Positions 28,101-37,477 of a stretch of 56,645 bases of DNA are shown here, in pieces. The notes under the pieces were generated by a model. That model did not search any database. It had not been told where the DNA came from and saw nothing but the letters and a program-made list of their open reading frames with translations. The position numbers and the translations under genes are program-made. This DNA is from a virus. Its lineage: Duplodnaviria > Caudoviricetes. The stretch lies in the IMG/VR virus record IMGVR_UViG_3300024302_000397, positions 1 to 56,645 of that record; one strand, given 5' to 3'. The stretch's first letter is position 1; every line of letters starts with the position of its first letter.

Positions 28101-28671
28101 AGAACTAATTGAACGGATGATGCAAGATTATGAGAGTAAAACTTTACTTTACCCCCCATTCACATCGTCTAAACTAAGACGAGGACATAAGGGCTTCCTA
28201 GGTGCCTTATTTTGTGCTGTAGGGCTGTTTACTAATCATCACAGGATAAGACGTAGTTCTGCGGATAAGTTTTTTAGAGAAGGTATGAAAGCGTACATTG
28301 ATGGGTACAGGCGCGTGTTACGGGGTGAGAATAAGCCTTGGGTAGTCAGTAGTAGTTTTGACTCTGAATATGTGGAAAACATTACAGGCGGTGTTTTTAA
28401 AATAGCCCGTATTGCAGAATCGGCCACATTGCCAGTATTAGTAGTAGTAGACTTCACGCCAGACAGCAAAGTGCTCAGTTATTACACTGAAGAGACTGAG
28501 TCTATCTTTAGGTTTGACAGTTTATTTGGCTTGTACGACCCAGCTGAGGATATGTTGTATTTTTTTGTTGAACCTTATAATTTTGAAATCCCCGCCAATG
28601 ACCCCACTATTAATAAGATATCACTATATGAGCTAATTCTTACTGACAAAGGTAAAAGTTATGCAGAGTAA
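28087..28671 (+). CDS. Hypothetical protein in the ACP/KS cassette
   Basis: AGGA RBS; overlaps both neighbours; no motif recognised. Confidence 0.6.
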   Translation: MPTNRELIERMMQDYESKTLLYPPFTSSKLRRGHKGFLGALFCAVGLFTNHHRIRRSSADKFFREGMKAYIDGYRRVLRGENKPWVVSSSFDSEYVENITGGVFKIARIAESATLPVLVVVDFTPDSKVLSYYTEETESIFRFDSLFGLYDPAEDMLYFFVEPYNFEIPANDPTINKISLYELILTDKGKSYAE

Positions 28672-28909
28672 AGACCCTCACGGTGAATTCAGCTTTGCTG
28701 GTGTATCGATATACCCACTAACCTTTACCGATTTTTGGGTAAACCCCACAAATGGGGAAACTAAAAGGTCTGAAGAGATTAACTGGATAAATATTAATTG
28801 TAGACCTATTGACTTACAAAGATTTGTTATAATTGATGGGGAATTACAGGATTATCGTGATGTAGTAAACATTAGACAAGTAAACGCAATACCGTTATTT
28901 CACACCTAG
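28661..28909 (+). CDS. Hypothetical protein in the ACP/KS cassette
   Basis: AAGG RBS; overlaps upstream gene. Confidence 0.55.
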   Translation: MQSKDPHGEFSFAGVSIYPLTFTDFWVNPTNGETKRSEEINWININCRPIDLQRFVIIDGELQDYRDVVNIRQVNAIPLFHT

Positions 28910-28919
28910 GGAGGGTACG

Positions 28920-29183
28920 ATGACATTAGAGGAAACACTAAACATATTAAATAACGCAGTCACAGCATCTGTAATGGATGCCACTGAGTATACTCTGTGT
29001 ACCAAAAGCACAGATACATTAAAAGACATCGGGTTGGATAGTTTAGACTGGAGTATTGTATTAATTTACATAGAAGATGAAGTATTATTGAGCGAAGAAG
29101 TCATTACTGAATTAGGTGAAATAATAAATACTGGAGGGACTGTTCAAGAAATGATGGAGTTCTTCAATAGTCATGGATTATAG
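28920..29183 (+). CDS. Acyl carrier protein
   Basis: 87 aa, very acidic; phosphopantetheine-site motif LKDIGLDSLD followed by IEDE and a terminal TVQEM helix; AGGAGG RBS. Confidence 0.85.
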   Translation: MTLEETLNILNNAVTASVMDATEYTLCTKSTDTLKDIGLDSLDWSIVLIYIEDEVLLSEEVITELGEIINTGGTVQEMMEFFNSHGL

Positions 29184-29626
29184 TGTTCTTATTAGTTAAG
29201 ACACTACATGTATTTTCAATAGCGATGTTCCTAGGTAATATGTTAGTTACAAATACCTGGAAAGGTAGGAGCAAGCATTGCACTGTAGCAGTACGCACTT
29301 ACACCAATAAACTAACTAGACGTACAGATTCTATCTTCGTAGAGTTCTATGGTCTATTGTCTCTGGCTTCTGGACTACTACTAGTGTATTTGCACCCGGT
29401 GTATACCTACACAACTACATTCATTATGTGGGCGCTTATACTTTGGACGTTATCCCTAGTGTTCTGGGGGGTATCAATTCCGTATCTGCGTAAACAGCAC
29501 ATTGATTTAGTTATGAACAAAGGCGAGAAGTACAACTATTATGATCGTAGATGGTGGTGGTGGGGACTAGCTGCAACTATCGCGGATGTAGCTATTTTGC
29601 CTTTAATGATATGGAAACCCTTATGA
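29183..29626 (+). CDS. Four-TM integral membrane protein (DUF2269-like)
   Basis: KTLHV...MFLG, D..F, SGLLL, RRWWWWG...LMIWKP pattern; GTG start overlaps ACP stop. Confidence 0.7.
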   Translation: MFLLVKTLHVFSIAMFLGNMLVTNTWKGRSKHCTVAVRTYTNKLTRRTDSIFVEFYGLLSLASGLLLVYLHPVYTYTTTFIMWALILWTLSLVFWGVSIPYLRKQHIDLVMNKGEKYNYYDRRWWWWGLAATIADVAILPLMIWKPL

Positions 29627-30690
29627 ATATTTCGTTAATAGACTCAGTGTCTACACAAGAACTGACAGCCTTACATTCCGTTAGCTACCCGTCTAACGCC
29701 CATGCTGTTGTTACGACAGCACACCCTAAGATTCAATCAGGATACGCAATTATTGCGCACCTATTAATTGATCAACTTGTAGCCAGGAATAAAGAGGTAC
29801 TACAATCAGAAGCTTCTACAGGCAAATCGGGGTTAATATTAGCAAGTGGAAATACCTACTGGTCAGGTTATGATTTAAATCGGAAGCGCCCTGCTAATTT
29901 TCCAGTACTTAAACCTCTAGCCTTGGCAACAACTAATATATACGCAGGCAGAGTTGCTCAACATATTGGTTATACAGATTATGTCTCTACGGATAGCACA
30001 TCATGTGTATGCGCATATAACGCCACTTTTTTAGCTAAAGCGTTATTAGATTCTAATACGTTAGATAGGGTGTTAATAATCGCTGTAGAGGATGCCACAA
30101 GCGGTGATACTATTGAGTTCTTCAGTAAGTATGGTGGTAATATCAGTTTAGCTGATGAAGAAGCTGGAAAGTTACCTAGTGCGTTTGATGGCACTAACAC
30201 AGGCTTTAGGGTGGGCAATGGTGCAGGGATGTTCTTGTTAGATAACAAAGACAATGGTATTGCACAAATTGACCAAGTATCTATGGCTGCTGAGAAGTGG
30301 AGTAGCCCTATAGGGCAAGACCCTGCAGGGACAGGTTATCTTAAAGCGCTATCACGTATTGATACAAAAGGTGTGCGTATCATTAAAACACATGGTACAG
30401 GTACCCCAAGTAATAATATTGCTGAGAAGGTAGCTATTGAGAGTACCTTTGACGATTTCATAGCTACATCTTATAAGCCCCTGATAGGTCATACTATGGG
30501 CGCTAACGGGGCTATCGAACTAGACTTATTAGTCAAGGACTTGCATAGGGGTGTGCTCACAGGTATACACAACCGTACAGTAAAAGACACACGATTCATC
30601 TCTGAAGATACTAAGATAAAAGATAAAACAGCTATATGTTTAGGTAGTAGTATGGGGAATGGTTACGCAGCGTTAAAAGTATCTATTTAA
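29623..30690 (+). CDS. Beta-ketoacyl-ACP synthase (FabB/FabF-like ketosynthase), divergent
   Basis: Catalytic Cys in DSTSCVC, HGTGTPSN, SYKPLIGHTMGANG, SAFD...GF.VGNGAG, terminal SMGNGYA. Start placed at the ATGA overlap 29623 (355 aa); the track start is 29551. Confidence 0.9.
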   Translation: MNISLIDSVSTQELTALHSVSYPSNAHAVVTTAHPKIQSGYAIIAHLLIDQLVARNKEVLQSEASTGKSGLILASGNTYWSGYDLNRKRPANFPVLKPLALATTNIYAGRVAQHIGYTDYVSTDSTSCVCAYNATFLAKALLDSNTLDRVLIIAVEDATSGDTIEFFSKYGGNISLADEEAGKLPSAFDGTNTGFRVGNGAGMFLLDNKDNGIAQIDQVSMAAEKWSSPIGQDPAGTGYLKALSRIDTKGVRIIKTHGTGTPSNNIAEKVAIESTFDDFIATSYKPLIGHTMGANGAIELDLLVKDLHRGVLTGIHNRTVKDTRFISEDTKIKDKTAICLGSSMGNGYAALKVSI

Positions 30691-30716
30691 CATATAGGTA
30701 AGCAGGTTAAAAATTA

Positions 30717-30725
30717 TGATAAAAT
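30717..30725 (+). promoter_or_regulatory. Extended -10 late promoter candidate upstream of portal
   Basis: TGATAAAAT in the intergenic gap. Confidence 0.4.
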
Positions 30726-30770
30726 CACGAAAAAGCCTTTGTACCCCCAGAATATGATAGGATACGCACT

Positions 30771-32942
30771 ATGAAGAATAATATATCAGATTTAGATATT
30801 GATGCGACTGAACTAGATACTTTAGTTGATTGGGAAAACCCACCTAAAATTGAAGACCTGAAGCAAGACTTAACAGAAGCACAGTCTGCTCATTCAGATC
30901 ATATCATCGATGTCGAGAACTGGTTAGACGCTCTAAACGGCAAACAGAAGCTTAGCACTAAACCTGGTCGTTCTAAGATTGTTCCTAAACTTATTCGTAA
31001 GCAAGCTGAGTGGCGTTACGCTGCATTAAGTGAACCTTTCCTATCTACCGATGACTTGTTCAATACAGCACCGGCTACCTTCGAAGATAAGAAGGCTGCT
31101 GAGCAGAATGGTCAAGTACTTAACTACCAAATTAACTGCAAGATTGATAAGACTAAGTTTATCGATGAATACGTACGTACATGTGTGGATGAAGGTACAT
31201 CTATTATTAAGTTAGGTTGGGACTACAAAGAGGAGACTGTTGAAGTTGAAGTACCTGACTTTGATTTCCAACCTACACAAGAAGCAAACCAAATACACCA
31301 ACAGTTACATGCAATGATGCAAGAAGACCCTGAGAGATTTCAACAAGAAATCCCACCAGAGATGCAACAAGCACATGAAATGTCTATGCAAGGTGGTACA
31401 GCAGTTATGCCTGTACAGGTCGGGTCTCATACTGAGGAACAAGTTAAGGTTATTAAGAACCAGCCTACTATTGAAGTGTGTAACTACGCAAACGTAATAG
31501 TTGACCCTACATGTGAAGGTGACATAGATACCGCTGAGTTTATAATCTATAGCTTTGAGACATCAATGTCTCAGCTAAAGAAAGATGGTAGATATAAGAA
31601 CCTAGACGCAGTCAGCTTAGATAGTGGTAGTGTGCTGTCAACTCCAGATCACTCTGTTGATGATGACTCTAGCTTTACTTTCAAGGACAAACCACGTAAG
31701 AAGATTGTAGGATATGAATACTGGGGATTCTGGGATATCAACGGTACAGGTGAAGTAGAACCTTTCGTAGCTACCTGGGTAGGTGACACTCTGATTAGAT
31801 TAGAAGAGAATCCGTTCCCTGACAAGAAGTTACCATTTGTAATCGTACAGTACTTACCTAAGCGTAAGGCCGTGTATGGTGAACCTGATGGGTTACTGAT
31901 TGAAGACAACCAGAAGATTATCGGAGCTGTAACTAGAGGTATGATTGATGTTATCGGTCGTAGTGCTAACGGACAGATGGGTACACGTAAGGATGCATTA
32001 GACGTTTCTAACTACCGTAAGTTTGAACGTGGTGAAGACTTTAAGTTCAACTCTAACGTAGACCCTAGACAAGCTTTCCATATGGAGACTTACCCAGAGA
32101 TTCCTGGTAGTGCACTAAATATGCTTACGTTACAAAATAACGAAGCTGAGTCGCTTACAGGAGTTAAAGCATTTAGTTCAGGTATCACAGGACAAGCATT
32201 AGGTACAACTGCTACAGGTATTAGGTCAGCACTAGATGCTACATCTAAACGTGAGTTAGGTATCCTTAGACGTCTAGCTAATGGTATTAACCAGATGGGG
32301 CGTAAGATTATATCTATGAACGCTGAGTTCTTAGGTGATGAAGAAATCATCAGAGTAACTAATGAAGAGTTTGTAGCTATCAACCGTGAAGACTTAGGTG
32401 GTATGTATGACATTAAACTAAACATATCTACAGCAGAAGCTGACACTGAGAAAGCTCAGGAGTTATCATTCATGCTTCAGACTATGGGTAACAACATGCC
32501 TCCAGAGATGTCACAGATGGTACTAGCAGATATTGCTAAGTTACGTAAAATGCCTGAGTTGTCTAAGCGTATTCAAGAATACAAGCCACAACCTGACCCT
32601 ATGGCTCAACAGATGAAGGAACTTGAAATGCAGCTGTTACAAGCACAGATTGCTAATGAGCAAGCTAAGGCACAAGAGAACCAGGTTGATGTAGGTCTGA
32701 AGCAAGCTAAGACACAGACAGAACAAGCTAAAGCTAGAGGACTACATAGTACCTCTGACTTGAATGACCTAGACTTTGTTAATAAAGAATCAGGTGTACC
32801 TGATGCAAACAAAGAGGAGCAGATGAAGTTAGCTCATGGTCAAGAGATGCAAAAGAAAGAGTTTGATAGATTATCAAATTTAGACAGTAAGGTGATAGAT
32901 GGTATGATGCAGGGAGCTAATACTAACTATCCGGGACTTTAA
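30771..32942 (+). CDS. Portal protein (N4 gp59-like)
   Basis: PKLIRKQAEWRYAALSEPFL, NPFPDKKLPFV, EAESLTGVKAF motifs; size and position typical of N4-like portals. Confidence 0.92.
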   Translation: MKNNISDLDIDATELDTLVDWENPPKIEDLKQDLTEAQSAHSDHIIDVENWLDALNGKQKLSTKPGRSKIVPKLIRKQAEWRYAALSEPFLSTDDLFNTAPATFEDKKAAEQNGQVLNYQINCKIDKTKFIDEYVRTCVDEGTSIIKLGWDYKEETVEVEVPDFDFQPTQEANQIHQQLHAMMQEDPERFQQEIPPEMQQAHEMSMQGGTAVMPVQVGSHTEEQVKVIKNQPTIEVCNYANVIVDPTCEGDIDTAEFIIYSFETSMSQLKKDGRYKNLDAVSLDSGSVLSTPDHSVDDDSSFTFKDKPRKKIVGYEYWGFWDINGTGEVEPFVATWVGDTLIRLEENPFPDKKLPFVIVQYLPKRKAVYGEPDGLLIEDNQKIIGAVTRGMIDVIGRSANGQMGTRKDALDVSNYRKFERGEDFKFNSNVDPRQAFHMETYPEIPGSALNMLTLQNNEAESLTGVKAFSSGITGQALGTTATGIRSALDATSKRELGILRRLANGINQMGRKIISMNAEFLGDEEIIRVTNEEFVAINREDLGGMYDIKLNISTAEADTEKAQELSFMLQTMGNNMPPEMSQMVLADIAKLRKMPELSKRIQEYKPQPDPMAQQMKELEMQLLQAQIANEQAKAQENQVDVGLKQAKTQTEQAKARGLHSTSDLNDLDFVNKESGVPDANKEEQMKLAHGQEMQKKEFDRLSNLDSKVIDGMMQGANTNYPGL

Positions 32943-32960
32943 CAATATGAGGGTAATAAC

Positions 32961-33299
32961 ATGACACAAGAGGAACAGTTAGACAGCTTAGAATTTAGTA
33001 TGGATGAGGCTAAACACTTTATCAGTGTGAAAAACAGTATGCTGAAACTACAAAATAATCGCGATTTTAAAAAGGTGATTACAGAGTACTACTTCAAAGA
33101 AGAGGCTGCTAGGTTAGTTATGGCTAAAAGCTCTAACCTTAATGTAGAACAGCAGCTACTAGTTGATAAAATGATTTATGGTGTGGGATCACTTGCTAAG
33201 TTCTTAGATAGCGTAATCTCTAGAGGCACTCAAGCAGAGCAAGCTCTAGCAGAAGACGAAGATACAAAAGCTAGTATCCTTCAGGAGGGTTTAGTATAA
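32961..33299 (+). CDS. N4 gp58-like conserved protein
   Basis: N.DFKKVI.E.YFKEEAARLV motif; lies between portal and scaffold. Confidence 0.7.
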   Translation: MTQEEQLDSLEFSMDEAKHFISVKNSMLKLQNNRDFKKVITEYYFKEEAARLVMAKSSNLNVEQQLLVDKMIYGVGSLAKFLDSVISRGTQAEQALAEDEDTKASILQEGLV

Positions 33300-34453
33300 T
33301 GACTACAAACAATGACGCATTAGGAATGTCAGACGAAGATTTCTTGAAAAAAGACTTCGGAGACTTCGAAGAAACACCAGCAGTAGAAACTGCTGAACTA
33401 GACACTGAAGTGACAGAAGAGCAAACTTCTGAAGCTGATGTAGAGACTCAAGTGATTGAGACTCAAGATAACGCCCAGGAGCAACCTGAGCCGGAACCGT
33501 TAGATGATGTAGATAGCCAACCATTTGAGGATACTCAAAAGGAGCAGGAACCTTCAGCTAAAAGTACTGAGCCAGCGTCTCTTGATACAGAAGTCAAAGT
33601 AGATGACACAGATGGGGATACCCAAGAAACATCAACTGTAGACTTCCAAGGAGCATATGAGAAGATTTTCTCACCCTTTAAGGCCAATGGCAGTGACATG
33701 CAGGTGGACACGGTTGACGATGTAATGTCATTAATGAAGATGGGAGCTAACTACCAGAAGAAAATGGCAACGTTAGCACCTAATCTGAAGTTAGTGAAAA
33801 TGCTTGAGAATAATAACTTACTAGATGCTAGTAAGCTAAACAACTTAATCGACATCTCTAAGAAGAACCCTGCTGCAATTGCTAAGCTTATAAAAGATAG
33901 TGGGATAGACCCTCTCGATATTGATACTGATGAAGAGGTGAAGTACACCCCTAATGACTACAATGTATCAGACAAAGAGTACAAGTTAGATGAAGCACTA
34001 GAAGGCATCAAAGATAGTAAGACTTTCAATGACACTATTGACGTTTTAAGTAATCAATGGGACACTGCGAGTAAAAAAATAATTGCTGAGAATCCTCAGA
34101 TTATAGGTATTATCGATGGACATATGCAGAATGGTGTGTATGCTGAAGTGAAGAAGCTAGTTTCAAAGGAGCGCGCCTTAGGTAGATTAGAAGGTGTCTC
34201 TGATGTAGCAGCTTATCAACAGGCAGCAAACTACTTAGCTAGTATTGGCGTGCTGAACAACGGAGACACTAATAAGGTGGCTACACCACCTACGTCAGAT
34301 GTATCAAGTAAGACAAAAGCAAAGGATGATGCTCAGTTAACGAATAAACGTAAAGCTGCAGCATCTACAAAGACAAGTAGCAAACCTACGACTTCTCAAC
34401 CAGACTTCTTAAAGATGACGGATGATGAGTTTATGAAGATGGCTGCTGTCTAA
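33299..34453 (+). CDS. N4 gp57-like protein (probable scaffold; often annotated tape measure)
   Basis: Acidic N-terminal half; PFKANG...LMKMGANY.KKM; M(S/T)D(E/D)xF motif at both termini; upstream of capsid. Confidence 0.8.
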   Translation: MTTNNDALGMSDEDFLKKDFGDFEETPAVETAELDTEVTEEQTSEADVETQVIETQDNAQEQPEPEPLDDVDSQPFEDTQKEQEPSAKSTEPASLDTEVKVDDTDGDTQETSTVDFQGAYEKIFSPFKANGSDMQVDTVDDVMSLMKMGANYQKKMATLAPNLKLVKMLENNNLLDASKLNNLIDISKKNPAAIAKLIKDSGIDPLDIDTDEEVKYTPNDYNVSDKEYKLDEALEGIKDSKTFNDTIDVLSNQWDTASKKIIAENPQIIGIIDGHMQNGVYAEVKKLVSKERALGRLEGVSDVAAYQQAANYLASIGVLNNGDTNKVATPPTSDVSSKTKAKDDAQLTNKRKAAASTKTSSKPTTSQPDFLKMTDDEFMKMAAV

Positions 34454-34480
34454 TTTTATGAAGCTTTATAGGAGAATATA

Positions 34481-35710
34481 ATGGCTCAAGTATACGGTGA
34501 CGGTACTAATTCAACAGTAGGTGCACAGGCACGTACTGATTTTTATAACAAAAAGGCGCTAATTGCAGTACGTGATAAGCAGTACTTCATGCCTTTGGCT
34601 AACGTTCAGGCTATGCCTAAACATCACGGTAAGACAATTAAACAAGACGTTTACTTACCTTTACTAGATGATTTGAACATCAACGACCAAGGTATTGACG
34701 CTTCTGGCGCAACTATCGACAGTACTAAGTTTTCAGCTTGGACTAAAGCTGGTGCTTTAATTGGTGCTGCATACACAACAGCAGCTTTAGCTGCTGCTGC
34801 AACTGGTGCTGCTGTAGTTCAACAGAACTCTGGTAACTTATACGGTTCAGGTAAGGACATCGGTTTAATCGCTGCTAAACTTCCTGCATTGACTGAGAAC
34901 GGTGGACGTGTTAACCGTGTAGGCTTTAAGCGTACACAGATTACTGGTTCAATCGTTAAGCAAGGTTTCTTTACTGAGTACACTCAGGAGTCTTTGGACT
35001 TTGATTCTGATTCTGAACTACTTTCTCATATTACTGAGGAAATGGTACAGGGCGCTACTGAATTAACTGAAGCGGCTTTACAGTCTGACTTGATTAATTC
35101 TGCGACTACTACAGGTACAGCTTACTTTAAAGGCGGTACTACTAAAGCTACAGTATCAGGTGTTGTTACTTACACTGACTTAATGAACTTGTCTATCGCT
35201 CTAGATAACAACAAGACACCTAAGCAGACTAAAGTAATCTCTGGTTCTCGTTTAGTTGATACTAAAACTATCAATGGTGGCCGTATCATGTATGTAGGTT
35301 CAGAGATGATTCCTGCTTTACGTGCTATGACGGACTTACACAGTGCTCCAGCATTTGTGTCAGTAGAGAAGTATGCTGATGCAGGCAACACAGTAAACGG
35401 TGAGATTGGTTCTATTGACCAGTTCCGCATCGTTGTTGTTCCTGAGATGCAGTACTCTGCTAAAGGCGGCGCGGCTGGTGTAGACATCTACCCGATGTTA
35501 GTTGTTGGTGATGGTTCATTTACTACTATTGGTTTCCAAACTGATGGTAAGACTGTGAAGTTCACTACTACGCACAAGAAGCCTGGTAAAGACGTAGCAG
35601 ACCTTAACGACCCTTACGGCGAGAAAGGTTTCTACTCAATCAAGTGGTACTACGGATTCATGGCACTACGTGCTGAGCGTCTAGGTATCATCTGGACTAA
35701 AGCTGCTTAA
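34481..35710 (+). CDS. Major capsid protein (N4 gp56-like)
   Basis: YFMPLA...[40 protein letters not shown] motifs; strong codon bias. Confidence 0.93.
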   Translation: MAQVYGDGTNSTVGAQARTDFYNKKALIAVRDKQYFMPLANVQAMPKHHGKTIKQDVYLPLLDDLNINDQGIDASGATIDSTKFSAWTKAGALIGAAYTTAALAAAATGAAVVQQNSGNLYGSGKDIGLIAAKLPALTENGGRVNRVGFKRTQITGSIVKQGFFTEYTQESLDFDSDSELLSHITEEMVQGATELTEAALQSDLINSATTTGTAYFKGGTTKATVSGVVTYTDLMNLSIALDNNKTPKQTKVISGSRLVDTKTINGGRIMYVGSEMIPALRAMTDLHSAPAFVSVEKYADAGNTVNGEIGSIDQFRIVVVPEMQYSAKGGAAGVDIYPMLVVGDGSFTTIGFQTDGKTVKFTTTHKKPGKDVADLNDPYGEKGFYSIKWYYGFMALRAERLGIIWTKAA

Positions 35711-35726
35711 GTAGAGCTTTAACCTT

Positions 35727-35763
35727 GGTAGGCTGTTAGCACGCAAGTGCGGTGCAGCCTACC
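35727..35763 (+). promoter_or_regulatory. RNA stem-loop after the capsid gene (stabiliser, processing site or attenuator)
   Basis: GGTAGGCTG...GCAC-GCAA-GTGC...CAGCCTACC with a GNRA tetraloop and no U-tract. Confidence 0.6.
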
Positions 35764-35784
35764 TCATTAATTCCGGGAGGAACC

Positions 35785-36354
35785 ATGAACATAGAAAATT
35801 TGACATCTAAACAGATAAGCGATAAGCTAGCCGAACACGGTATTAAGATGCATTTTAATTCAAACAGAAAAAAGCTTGAGGAAGCTTTACTTACTATTAC
35901 TACTCATGAGGATGATATTATGGAAACAGCAACAGCAGATGTAATTGAACTAGCACCAGGTACTACACACACAGCAGAAGGTATTGAACTTGAGGGAAAA
36001 GTATCTTCAGAAGCTATGAAGCTAATTAGAATTATTGTTAGACCTAACGACCCACTAAAGCGTGAGTCTGAAGGTGACATCTTTACAGCAGGTAGCGACT
36101 TAGTTGATCGTGGCAGAGCTGTTAAGAAGTATGTACCTTACAATAATGAAGAAGGCTGGCACGTTCCTAATATTATTTATCAGAACATGAAAGAAGCTGA
36201 GTGTCAAATCTTTAAAAAGGTTAGACGTAATGGTGAAGACATGATGGAAACACAGATGATTAAAGCGTACAATATTGAGATATTACCACAACTTACTCAA
36301 GCTGAGTTAGATACCTTAGCTAGCACGCAGAAGGCGCATAACACACTAGGATAG
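35785..36354 (+). CDS. N4 gp55-like protein
   Basis: AMKLIRI.V...DPLK....GDIFT.G...VKKYVPY...GWHVPNII; ATG 35785 after GGAGG. Confidence 0.75.
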   Translation: MNIENLTSKQISDKLAEHGIKMHFNSNRKKLEEALLTITTHEDDIMETATADVIELAPGTTHTAEGIELEGKVSSEAMKLIRIIVRPNDPLKRESEGDIFTAGSDLVDRGRAVKKYVPYNNEEGWHVPNIIYQNMKEAECQIFKKVRRNGEDMMETQMIKAYNIEILPQLTQAELDTLASTQKAHNTLG

Positions 36355-36358
36355 AACT

Positions 36359-37468
36359 ATGGCATCAATAAGTACTTCAGATTTAACACAGGCAAGTGGT
36401 GTAACCACCAGTACTGACGGAAAATACACTGTTACAGGTACTGGAGTATTTGATGACCTTATGGAGGCGGTGAATGCTCACCTAGATGCTCAGTTTAATT
36501 TAGGTAGACTAACAGGTGCAGATTATGCAACTGTCTACCTAGGGGCAGTACAGAGCTCTATGCAGCAATCAGTTGCTTTTATCTTAGGTAAACAGCAAGC
36601 TGATAAACAAGCTGACCTGATAGATAAACAAATCCTGACAGAGGTGAAGAAGACTTTAGATGTTACGTCTACAACCACTGTCAGAGATGCCCAATCTGCT
36701 AAAGATTTACTCGTTAAAACGGCACAGGTTACCTCGATGACTAAGGAAGACGTAGTCAAGACAAACCAAGCCCTAGATGTACTATCACAGACATCAGTTA
36801 GGAACGCCCAATCTGCTAAAGATGCAGTGCTGAAGGATGCTCAGACGCTTGATATTCATGACCAAGCTGTACTACGTACACAAGCTAGTGATGCAGATTT
36901 ATCTATCAAACGTCAACAGATTATCAATGAAGCGTTTACTAATGGTATGGAAGTGAATGAGTACATCTGGGAGATTGAGTATAAGCTTAATCTAGGTGAG
37001 ACTTACACCTTCGTAACTATTGAGAACTTAACGGATAATGATGTAGTGGCACTTATGACTGCTGACCCACATGACCCTAGATACCCTGAAGTTAATGCCG
37101 TAACACTAAGTATGTCTAAAGTTATACAACATGCTGGTAAGTCTACTGCTGCAACTATCATTGCTAAAACGCAAGAAGAGGTTGACTTACTTAAACAGAA
37201 GCGTATTACTGAACATGCGCAGACGTTGACAGAGACTATCGGTTCTACTATTGTTACAAGCAGTGTTATGGGTAAGCAGGCTGAGTTATTTACTCAGCAA
37301 GCTGTTGGTTTTGAGAATGATGCTAAGAACGCCTTCAATAAGAACATGGCTGATATTCTCAAGATGCAAATCAACACACAAGGTGACTTTAGCTCAAGTA
37401 AGTTCATCACTGTAGAGCATTTACTAGATCTCTATCCGGATGATGATAATGTAGTTGCAGCTACATAA
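36359..37468 (+). CDS. Structural protein (N4 gp54-like)
   Basis: GTGVFDDLM.AV.AHL..QF..GR.TGADYA.VY motif; synteny. Confidence 0.75.
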   Translation: MASISTSDLTQASGVTTSTDGKYTVTGTGVFDDLMEAVNAHLDAQFNLGRLTGADYATVYLGAVQSSMQQSVAFILGKQQADKQADLIDKQILTEVKKTLDVTSTTTVRDAQSAKDLLVKTAQVTSMTKEDVVKTNQALDVLSQTSVRNAQSAKDAVLKDAQTLDIHDQAVLRTQASDADLSIKRQQIINEAFTNGMEVNEYIWEIEYKLNLGETYTFVTIENLTDNDVVALMTADPHDPRYPEVNAVTLSMSKVIQHAGKSTAATIIAKTQEEVDLLKQKRITEHAQTLTETIGSTIVTSSVMGKQAELFTQQAVGFENDAKNAFNKNMADILKMQINTQGDFSSSKFITVEHLLDLYPDDDNVVAAT

Positions 37469-37477
37469 AGTGACAGT

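Noticed and set aside
28920-30690. ACP/KS genes as host contamination or a prophage boundary
   Set aside because: They are translationally coupled to tail genes, flanked by the portal, and lack the usual bacterial fabG/fabD neighbours.
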